DNA of 63,679 nucleotides, filler included. It is 4 parts of 4 records of this genome, joined end to end, with 100 filler letters (N's around TTAATTAATTAA, not from the genome) between each part and the next. Parts side by side here need not be neighbours in the genome. Positions count along the whole stretch, not along the records: positions 27,529 to 55,190 come from DRR378314_1785; positions 55,291 to 63,679 come from DRR378314_1803; 2 more parts are not named here. One strand, 5' to 3'. A program made the translations under genes and the position numbers. The notes under the pieces were generated by a model. It searched no databases and was not told the DNA's origin. It saw nothing but the letters and a program-made list of their open reading frames with translations. Below are positions 52,075-59,574 of the stretch, piece after piece (the first letter of the stretch is position 1; every line of letters starts with the position of its first letter).

Positions 52075-54783
52075 TTGGAATCCTTGCTTGTCCTCATTGG
52101 TCTGGTCGTTCTGGCCATTCCTGTATCGATCGTCGCGTTGCTGATTGGACAATCGCGGCTGCGCAAACGCGTGGAACAGCTTGAGCGTCAACTTGCCGGG
52201 GAATTGCCGGAGAGTGATCTGGAAACACCCGGCCCGTCAAAGCCAGAGCTGCCGGTATCCAAACCCAAACCCGCGCCGTGGGCCGCCGCAAAAACCTTAC
52301 CTGCTGCGGATGAGGGCCAACCAGAAGAGCAAGAAAAATCGGAACCCGACGAGCCCCCGGCCACCATCGTGTTTCGCGAGGAAAGACTTGCTGCGCTGGG
52401 GGCATGGCTGCGCGAGAATTGGTTTTACGCAGTGTCTGCATTGTCATTGGCGCTGGCGGGGATTTTTCTGGTTCAATACGGTGCCGAGAACGGGTTGCTG
52501 CCACCCACTGCACGGGTCATCGCAGCACTGGTTTTCGGTGCGCTGCTGATTGGGGCAGGCGAAGTGATCCGCCGCCGGTTCGGCGATGATGAGGGATCCA
52601 CTACTGCTTATCTTCCATCGGTCTTCTCGGGAGCGGGTCTTGTCACCCTGTTCGGAGGAGTTCTAGCCGCGCGCCAGCTTTATGATCTGATCGGCCCCGA
52701 GGCTGGGCTAGCCGGTCTGGTTGTCATTGCGCTGTTTGGACTCGTGCTGGGGTGGTTCCATGGGCCGCTTCTGGCAGCTGTCGGTTTGGTCGGCGCTTTT
52801 GCTGCACCCTTCGTTGTGGGTGGATCGTCGGACGATCCCAGCTGGCTTTATGGGTATTTCTTCATCATTGCCGTGGTTGGCCTGGGTATTGATACGGTCA
52901 GGCGTTGGGCGTGGATTTCAGTTTTGACGCTTGTGGGCGTATACGGGGCGGCCTTTTTGTTGGTGTTGTCTTCACCTTCGACCGAGGCCGGATATTTGAT
53001 CTGTGTCACCGCACTGGCGTTTATTGCAACGGCTATCCCCGTGCGGCGTATCTGGCCAAATCATTCCGGTCCGATGATCGCCGAGATGATCCGGCGGCGA
53101 AAAGGGGATACATGGCCAGAATTTCCGACCCGACTGGCCTTTGGCGCGGTTCTCGTCTCTTCGGTGATTTTGACGCTGCACTGGCCGGATTCGAGTGGCG
53201 AGTTCTGGCTGGGCATAACGTTGTTCACCGGTTTGATATTGGCGCTGATCTTTTGGTCCAGAGACGCGCGCGCCCTGCAGGATGCGACGGCGCTGCCTGC
53301 CCTGGGCCTGATCTGGTTTGTTCTGGTACATGGGTTGGACAGCGGTGCAGTGTGGCACCGATTTGCCGAAACATACACGGAAACGGCCGAGGCTGATTAT
53401 CCGTGGAGCGTCACCCTTCTGGCTGCTCTGGGGGCTTTGATCACATTGCTTGCCGCTTGGCGATCCTTTCAGGGCGGGCGCTACGCTGTGGTCTGGGCCG
53501 CCGCCGCCGCCATGTTCGCCCCGGTCCTGGCGATTGCGCTTGAGGTCGGATGGCAGCCAGCAGAAGTGATCGGGGCCTATGCGTGGGCACTACACGCCGT
53601 CGCGTTGGGCGCGATGATGGTTGTTCTGGCCGAACGGTTCGCCCGGGTTGACGGTGACGACCGAATGCGCCCGGCCTTGGCAACTTTGTCTGCGCTGTCC
53701 TGTCTCAGCTTCGCTTGTATCATCGTGCTCAGCTCGGCGGCTCTGACCATCGCACTCGTCGCCATGATTGTCGTGGCTACGGCATTGGACCGCCGGTTTA
53801 AGTTACCCCCGATGAGCTGGTTCATCTGGGCGGGTGTGTTTATCGTGACCGTAAGGCTGGTGCTGGACCCGGGGCTCAACTGGGCAGAAAATGCGCCGCT
53901 GATTGAGATGACGCTGGTCTATGCTGCGTCGGTTGTTGGATTCGTCATAGGGTGGGCGTTGTTAAAACCCTTGGACCGCCCGATGGCCTCACTCCTGCTG
54001 GAAAGCGCAGCTTGGGCTACGGCAGGGATCCTGTTGTCCCTCTTGTTGCTGCGCTGGCTTGAAAGCTTCGGAGAAGGTGGTGCCACGGACAGCCATTGGG
54101 GGCTGGGACTGCTTGCGGTGATCTGGCTACTGCTGGCCTTCGCGCAGGTGCAACGATTCAAGCTTGGTGGCAAGCTGAACTACGTACGCTATGTGCTGGC
54201 TGCATTCTTTGCAGCGCATGGTGTGGTTCGTTTGGCACAGGCGTTGTCAGATGCCAATCCGCTGCTCAACCCGTTTGCTGATCCCGTATTGGGCCCGCAG
54301 GTCCTGAACACGCTGGCGGTGGCTTATCTGTTGCCTGCAGTTGCGATTGGTTTTTCAACCTGGCGCATCGTTTCGTCGCCCGTTCTGCTGAAGCAAATCA
54401 GCTATGGGGTGGCCACAATTCTTGCGGCTGTCTGGTTGGGATTGGTGATCCGTCATGTCTGGCAGGGCGCTGGTGGAATGTACGAGGGCAACGGCGTCAC
54501 GCAGCCTGAGCTTTATACCTATACGATCACCTTACTGGTGGTCGGGGCCGCACTGTTCTATCAGTCGCTCGCCCGTCGATCGGATCTGATGCGCAAGGCA
54601 GGGCTTGCCGTCATCGGGTTGGCGGTGGCCAAGGTGTTTCTGATCGATATAGCCGGTCTGGGCGGGCTGATCCGGGTCTTTTCTCTGCTGGCGCTGGGCC
54701 TCGCTCTGGCAGGTCTTGCGTGGCTCAATCGCTGGGCCCAACTGCGCCACGCGCCGCAAGGCTCGGAACCTCTGGACCATTAG
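52075..54783 (+). CDS. DUF2339-family polytopic membrane protein
   Basis: ENWFYAVSALSLALAGIFLVQY; many TM segments; C-terminal AVAKVFLID...RVFS. Confidence 0.85.
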   Translation: MESLLVLIGLVVLAIPVSIVALLIGQSRLRKRVEQLERQLAGELPESDLETPGPSKPELPVSKPKPAPWAAAKTLPAADEGQPEEQEKSEPDEPPATIVFREERLAALGAWLRENWFYAVSALSLALAGIFLVQYGAENGLLPPTARVIAALVFGALLIGAGEVIRRRFGDDEGSTTAYLPSVFSGAGLVTLFGGVLAARQLYDLIGPEAGLAGLVVIALFGLVLGWFHGPLLAAVGLVGAFAAPFVVGGSSDDPSWLYGYFFIIAVVGLGIDTVRRWAWISVLTLVGVYGAAFLLVLSSPSTEAGYLICVTALAFIATAIPVRRIWPNHSGPMIAEMIRRRKGDTWPEFPTRLAFGAVLVSSVILTLHWPDSSGEFWLGITLFTGLILALIFWSRDARALQDATALPALGLIWFVLVHGLDSGAVWHRFAETYTETAEADYPWSVTLLAALGALITLLAAWRSFQGGRYAVVWAAAAAMFAPVLAIALEVGWQPAEVIGAYAWALHAVALGAMMVVLAERFARVDGDDRMRPALATLSALSCLSFACIIVLSSAALTIALVAMIVVATALDRRFKLPPMSWFIWAGVFIVTVRLVLDPGLNWAENAPLIEMTLVYAASVVGFVIGWALLKPLDRPMASLLLESAAWATAGILLSLLLLRWLESFGEGGATDSHWGLGLLAVIWLLLAFAQVQRFKLGGKLNYVRYVLAAFFAAHGVVRLAQALSDANPLLNPFADPVLGPQVLNTLAVAYLLPAVAIGFSTWRIVSSPVLLKQISYGVATILAAVWLGLVIRHVWQGAGGMYEGNGVTQPELYTYTITLLVVGAALFYQSLARRSDLMRKAGLAVIGLAVAKVFLIDIAGLGGLIRVFSLLALGLALAGLAWLNRWAQLRHAPQGSEPLDH

Positions 54784-54947
54784 GCGTGGGCGTCCTATAA
54801 GCGCGGCCATGTTTGACCGTTTGGCCATCATTATTCGAATTATATCCCCGGCGCTCTGATATCGCGAGACGCCGGGCAAAGGTGCTTGAGATATCGCACT
54901 GACCGCTTCGATCCATACAAGACCAGAACATCCTGAGGACGCCCCCA

Positions 54948-55190
54948 ATGTGCGCCGACACGACCCAGACACCTGACTACAAAGACACTCTGAACCTGCC
55001 CAAAACCGAATTTCCCATGCGCGCAGGCCTGCCCAAGCGCGAACCCGCATGGCTGGAGCGCTGGGAGAAGATCGGTGTCTATGATCGCCTGCGGGAAAAA
55101 GAAGGCCGCACGCCCTTCACCCTGCATGATGGACCGCCTTACGCCAACGGTCATCTGCATATCGGCCACGCGCTGAACAAGACCATCAAG
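54948..55190 (+). CDS. ileS: Isoleucine--tRNA ligase, 5' part (cut by the contig end)
   Basis: [39 protein letters not shown]. Confidence 0.97.
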
Positions 55191-55290
55191 NNNNNNNNNN
55201 NNNNNNNNNNNNNNNNNNNNNNNNNNNNNNNNNNTTAATTAATTAANNNNNNNNNNNNNNNNNNNNNNNNNNNNNNNNNNNNNNNNNNNN
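55191..55290. other. Artificial contig linker
   Basis: N-run, TTAATTAATTAA, N-run; 100 bp. Confidence 0.99.
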
Positions 55291-55292
55291 AT

Positions 55293-55454
55293 ATTTTAGT
55301 ACTGCATTTGTCAGAAAAAACGACCGTCAAAGAAGTGTCTCAAGACTGGAATACGCATATTAGCTATGCAGAAGACGGGACAATAACAGAAATCGTTATT
55401 TTAGATGCCTCCAAGCAAGGGGCTTGGCCACTTTTGAAAAGTCAAGCTGCCTGA
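55293..55454 (+). CDS. DUF2283-like small protein, 3' part (not in the ORF track)
   Basis: Manual translation ILVLHLSEKTTVKEVSQDWNTHISYAEDGTITEIVILDASKQGAWPLLKSQAA* resembles the DUF2283 pattern (IL.I.LS ... DG.I..IEILDASK). Confidence 0.6.
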   Translation: MLVLHLSEKTTVKEVSQDWNTHISYAEDGTITEIVILDASKQGAWPLLKSQAA

Positions 55455-55480
55455 AATCTAACGCCGTGCCGCACATTGCC

Positions 55481-55511
55481 TGCGGGTGCGCTGACGCTTA
55501 CAGCGCGCTAC
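55481..55511 (-). repeat. GTAG-type REP element
   Basis: Reverse complement GTAGCGCGCTGTAAGCGTCAGCGCACCCGCA, closely similar to the copy at 59441. Confidence 0.7.
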
Positions 55512-55541
55512 AACAGAGCACCACCGAAAAAGGAATTTTCG

Positions 55542-56960
55542 ATGCTAGATATCCTCCACCACGGTGGTGCAACAGGCGTAACGGGCAGCTGTCACCAGCT
55601 AATCCTCAATAGTGAAAACTCACTGCTAGTCGATTGCGGCCTTTTCCAAGGTGAAGACGCAGCGCAAGATAGCTTTCAACAGCTGCAAATTGAGTTTGAT
55701 ATCAGCACCGTTAAAGCGCTGATTATTACCCACGTACATATTGACCACGTCGGGCGGCTGCCTTACTTGTTGGCGGCGGGTTTTAAAGGCCCGATTATTT
55801 GCTCCATACCGTCGGCAACGCTGTTGCCGCTGGTCATTGAAGATGCTTTAAAAATCGGTTTCACGCGTAATGCAGACCTAATCCAGCGCTTTCAAGCGCA
55901 GCTTGAGTCACAAATTGTTAGCGTGCCTTACGGCAAATGGCACTCGGTTGTGAATGAGTACGAGAAGGGTAAGCAGGGCATCACCACACGCATCAAACTC
56001 AAAAGAGCAGGGCACATACTCGGTTCCAGCTATGTTGAAGTTGCCCATCAGCACGCCAACGGAACCAAAGAGCGGATTATCTTTAGCGGCGATTTAGGGG
56101 CACCCTACGCCCCGTTATTGCCCGCGCCTAAATCGCCCTATGGTTGCGACCAGCTAGTTCTTGAAAGCACTTACGGCGACCGTCAGCACGTAGGTCGCCG
56201 TAAACGTCGTGCCACGCTAAAAAATGCCATTGAACAAGCCCTGGCTAACGGCGGTACGGTCATGGTGCCCGCCTTCAGTATTGGCCGTACCCAAGAGCTG
56301 CTTTACGAGCTGGAGGGCATTATTTATGAAGCCAAGCGCAACGCCAAAAACAACCAGTGGCAAGCTATAGAAATTATTGTTGATTCACCGCTTGCCGCAC
56401 GCTTTACCCACGTATATCGCCAGTTAAAGCCCTACTGGGATAAAGAAGCCCAACGCCGCCTACGTAGTGGCCGTCACCCGCTCAATTTCGAAAATCTCTA
56501 CACCGTAGAAAGCCACGAAGCCCACGAGCAAACTGTCCAATACCTTGCGAAGACCGGTCGTCCAGCGGTAGTCATTGCTGCCAGTGGCATGTGTGCAGGT
56601 GGGCGCATCATGAACTACCTAAAAGCCATGTTAGGTGATGAGCGTCACCAGGTATTGTTCGTGGGGTATCAAGGGGCAGGCACGCCAGGGCGAGCGATAC
56701 AGCAATATGGCCCGCAGGGCGGTTGGGTGGAAATAGACGGCCAGCGTATCGATATCCACGCTGGCATTACCACTATTAGCGGCTACTCCGCTCATGCAGA
56801 TCAAAAAGACCTGCTTAATTTCGTAAAGCGCATGCGCCGCTGGCCCCACACCATACGCCTTGTACACGGCGAAAAAAACGCTAAAAACGCGCTCAAACAT
56901 GAACTAGAAGCACTTTATCAGCGTAAAGGGAAGCAAGTTGATGTGGTGAATGGTGAGTAG
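55542..56960 (+). CDS. MBL-fold beta-CASP hydrolase (putative ribonuclease)
   Basis: VTGSCH, DCGLFQG, THVHIDHVGR, AGHILGS, FSGDLG, ESTYGDR, GYSAHAD, LVHGE. Confidence 0.93.
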   Translation: MLDILHHGGATGVTGSCHQLILNSENSLLVDCGLFQGEDAAQDSFQQLQIEFDISTVKALIITHVHIDHVGRLPYLLAAGFKGPIICSIPSATLLPLVIEDALKIGFTRNADLIQRFQAQLESQIVSVPYGKWHSVVNEYEKGKQGITTRIKLKRAGHILGSSYVEVAHQHANGTKERIIFSGDLGAPYAPLLPAPKSPYGCDQLVLESTYGDRQHVGRRKRRATLKNAIEQALANGGTVMVPAFSIGRTQELLYELEGIIYEAKRNAKNNQWQAIEIIVDSPLAARFTHVYRQLKPYWDKEAQRRLRSGRHPLNFENLYTVESHEAHEQTVQYLAKTGRPAVVIAASGMCAGGRIMNYLKAMLGDERHQVLFVGYQGAGTPGRAIQQYGPQGGWVEIDGQRIDIHAGITTISGYSAHADQKDLLNFVKRMRRWPHTIRLVHGEKNAKNALKHELEALYQRKGKQVDVVNGE

Positions 56961-56987
56961 TGAGTGGTGAGGAGCCGGGCGTGAGAA
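56946..56987 (+). repeat. Heptamer array (GTGANNN), left arm of the four-helix-bundle cassette
   Basis: GTGAATG GTGAGTA GTGAGTG GTGAGGA GCCGGGC GTGAGAA; GTGA at 56946, 56953, 56960, 56967, 56981. Confidence 0.85.
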
Positions 56988-57337
56988 AACATCAGGAATT
57001 GCGTGTGTGGCAACAGTCCATGGATCTAGTGGAGCAAATTTATAGCATTACTAACCAATTTCCTGATGACGAGCGTTACGGACTTATTAGCCAGATGAGG
57101 CGGTGTGCAGTATCAGTACCTAGCAATATTGCAGAAGGTGCAGCAAGAGGAAGTACACAAGAATTTATTCGTTTTCTATATATTTCCCAAGGTTCTCTCA
57201 GCGAGTTAGAAACACAGATACTCATAGCAAACCGTCTAAACTATCTAAGTGATATTTCTGTAAACTTAAATAGTATCCAGCAAATCTCTTCCCAGCTAGG
57301 CGGCCTTATTAAACACTTAAAAAGTCGGTCAAACTAA
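56981..57337 (+). CDS. Four helix bundle protein (S23 / 23S rRNA-IVP, Avd-like family)
   Basis: L.VWQ..MDL, FP.DERYGLISQMRRCAVSVPSNIAEGAAR, F..FL.IS.GSLSELETQ; GAGGAG RBS before GTG 56981 (alternative start 56960). Confidence 0.92.
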   Translation: MRKHQELRVWQQSMDLVEQIYSITNQFPDDERYGLISQMRRCAVSVPSNIAEGAARGSTQEFIRFLYISQGSLSELETQILIANRLNYLSDISVNLNSIQQISSQLGGLIKHLKSRSN

Positions 57338-57349
57338 CTTCCCATGAAT

Positions 57350-57413
57350 TTCCTATTTACTATTCACCACTCACTATTCACGAGTTCACCACTCACTAGT
57401 TCACGAATTCAAA
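57350..57413 (+). repeat. Heptamer/octamer array (TCACNNN), right arm of the four-helix-bundle cassette
   Basis: TTCCTAT TTACTAT TCACCAC TCACTAT TCACGAGT TCACCAC TCACTAGT TCACGAAT TCAAA; inverse-complementary to the left arm. Confidence 0.88.
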
Positions 57414-58295
57414 ATGATTGAAATCAAACATCTCTACAAGCGTTACCACAACCATCATGGTAGCGACTGGGTACTAAAAGACGTCAATTTCACCATCCCT
57501 ATGGGCGTTAGTGTAGGCTTGATAGGCGCGAACGGAGCAGGTAAATCAACACTTTTGCGTCTTATTGCTGGCATGGATACCCCTGAGCGCGGCGAAGTGA
57601 TTCGCCATAGCCGCGTTTCGTGGCCGGTTGGTCTTTCTGGGGGAATGCAGGGCAACATGACGGGTCGCCAAAACGTTAAATTCGTTGCCCGGGTGCAAGG
57701 CAGTGATCCCGAAGAGGTCAAGCGGGTTATCAAGTTCGTAGAAGAGTTCGCAGAAATTGGCCCAGCCTTTGATGAGCCCATTCGTACATATTCATCGGGC
57801 ATGAAGTCACGTATTTCGTTTGGTTTATCGCTCGCGTTTGATTTTGATGTCTACATTTCCGATGAAGCCACTGCCGTTGGTGATCGCGCATTTAAAGCCA
57901 AAGCTAAAGAGCTATTTGAATCGAAAACGGGTCAAGCCTCTTTGATAATGGTTTCCCACTCAGAAGGTATTTTAAAAGACCTCTGCCAGGCAGGAGTTTA
58001 TCTCAAAAAAGGCAGCGCCTTTTGGTACGATGATATCAACGATGCCATTGCCGCCTATCATGCAGATGTAGACAAAAAGCAACGTCAGTCTGAACTGCCT
58101 AGCGATGTGGTAGGGGCTCGTAAATACCTACAGGCCTGCCACGCCGATTTAAAAGCCGCTCAAGAAACCCTTGCTGATGCCAAAGAGCAGGAAGGCAAGG
58201 AGGCGCTCGCTGCTGCTAAAAATGCAGTTAAAGAAGCTAGCAGCAGAGCAAGAGAAGCACGTGAAAACTTAGAGTTACGGCAAAGCACACGCTAG
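57414..58295 (+). CDS. kpsT: Capsular polysaccharide ABC transporter ATP-binding subunit (KpsT-like) with helical C-terminal extension
   Basis: GANGAGKST, VSWPVG, YSSGMKSR, DEATAVGD, MVSHS. Confidence 0.88.
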   Translation: MIEIKHLYKRYHNHHGSDWVLKDVNFTIPMGVSVGLIGANGAGKSTLLRLIAGMDTPERGEVIRHSRVSWPVGLSGGMQGNMTGRQNVKFVARVQGSDPEEVKRVIKFVEEFAEIGPAFDEPIRTYSSGMKSRISFGLSLAFDFDVYISDEATAVGDRAFKAKAKELFESKTGQASLIMVSHSEGILKDLCQAGVYLKKGSAFWYDDINDAIAAYHADVDKKQRQSELPSDVVGARKYLQACHADLKAAQETLADAKEQEGKEALAAAKNAVKEASSRAREARENLELRQSTR

Positions 58296-58343
58296 CGTCA
58301 GCGCTAATGAAATAGTCAATAAGATAGTTACTGAGATTGCAGC

Positions 58344-59444
58344 ATGAGCAAAACTTTTTTCATTACCGGTGGAGCAGGTTTCATTGGTTCTGCCGTTATT
58401 CGTGAGTTAATCCATAACACCGACAACCATGTCGTGAATGTTGATAAGCTCACTTATGCAGGCAATCTAGAATCGTTGGTAAGTGTCGCTGACAGTGAAC
58501 GCTACACGTTTGCGCAAGCAGACATTTGCGATGCACCTGCGATGCAGCAGTTGTTTGAACAGCACCAGCCGGATGTGGTGATGCACTTGGCAGCAGAAAG
58601 CCATGTAGACCGCTCCATCGATGGCCCCGCCGCGTTTATTCAAACCAATGTGGTCGGTACTGCGGTTCTGTTAGAAGCCGCCCGTGCTTACTGGAAAAGC
58701 TTACAGAAGCAAGAGCCTGCCAAAGCAGAAGCATTCCGTTTTCACCATATCAGTACTGATGAAGTGTATGGCGATTTAGACGGAACCGATGACCTCTTCA
58801 CCGAAGAAACTTCCTACGCGCCAAGCTCGCCATATTCGGCGAGTAAAGCCAGTTCAGACCACCTGGTTCGCTCCTGGCAGCGTACCTACGGCTTGCCCAC
58901 ACTGGTCACCAACTGCTCTAACAACTACGGGCCGTATCACTTTCCCGAAAAGTTAATTCCGCTGATGATCCTAAATGCCCTGGCTGGCAAGCCGCTGCCG
59001 GTATACGGCGATGGCCAGCAAATTCGCGACTGGTTGTATGTCGAAGATCATGCCCGCGCCTTAATTAAGGTGGCTACTGAAGGCGAAATCGGCGAAACCT
59101 ATAACATTGGCGGGCATAACGAACAAACTAACTTACATGTAGTAGAGACTATCTGTGAGATTTTGGATGAGCTAGTGCCATACAAAGTGAAGGGTAGTTC
59201 TCACGATTCACCAATCACCACTCACGATTCACATAAACAACTGATCACGTTTGTGACTGATCGCCCAGGTCACGACGTACGTTATGCCATTGATGCCAGC
59301 AAAATTGAACGAGAACTCGGCTGGAAGCCAGAAGAAACCTTCGAAACTGGCTTACGCAAAACTGTCGAGTGGTACCTCGCCAACGAAACCTGGTGGAAGC
59401 GCGTGCAAGACGGCAGCTATCAACGGCTGGGCACCAACACGTAG
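58344..59444 (+). CDS. rfbB: dTDP-glucose 4,6-dehydratase
   Basis: [49 protein letters not shown]. Confidence 0.97.
   Translation: MSKTFFITGGAGFIGSAVIRELIHNTDNHVVNVDKLTYAGNLESLVSVADSERYTFAQADICDAPAMQQLFEQHQPDVVMHLAAESHVDRSIDGPAAFIQTNVVGTAVLLEAARAYWKSLQKQEPAKAEAFRFHHISTDEVYGDLDGTDDLFTEETSYAPSSPYSASKASSDHLVRSWQRTYGLPTLVTNCSNNYGPYHFPEKLIPLMILNALAGKPLPVYGDGQQIRDWLYVEDHARALIKVATEGEIGETYNIGGHNEQTNLHVVETICEILDELVPYKVKGSSHDSPITTHDSHKQLITFVTDRPGHDVRYAIDASKIERELGWKPEETFETGLRKTVEWYLANETWWKRVQDGSYQRLGTNT
59187..59235 (+). repeat. Heptamer array lying in frame inside rfbB
   Basis: GTGAAGG GTAGTTC TCACGAT TCACCAA TCACCAC TCACGAT TCACATA; translated as [16 protein letters not shown]. Confidence 0.85.
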
Positions 59445-59540
59445 TGCGTGGTAAGCCTACGGCGCACCCGCAACAGACTTTCGGATTTCGCGGGTGCCTT
59501 GGTATCGCTCGTTCCTCGCGACCTCATTTTGCCGCGCTAC
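59441..59540. repeat. Inverted REP doublet (REPIN/BIME-like) between rfbB and rfbD
   Basis: GTAGTGCGTGGTAAGCCTACGGCGCACCCGCA ... GCGGGTGCC...GCCGCGCTAC; GTAG/CTAC ends; the GTAG supplies the rfbB stop. Confidence 0.72.
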
Positions 59541-59574
59541 AGGTTGCGCAATCGATTGACGTTAAGGCTTCACT

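Noticed and set aside
55950-55990. GTGAATGAGTACGAGAAGGGTAAG segment in the MBL gene as another heptamer insertion
   Set aside because: The cores are not in a 7-nt register (55950, 55960, 55969), so it cannot be told from ordinary coding sequence.
56946-57413. Heptamer arrays as a CRISPR array, or the Avd-like gene as part of a diversity-generating retroelement
   Set aside because: Units are 7-8 nt with no unique spacers and there are no cas genes. No reverse transcriptase or template/variable repeat pair is visible in the window.
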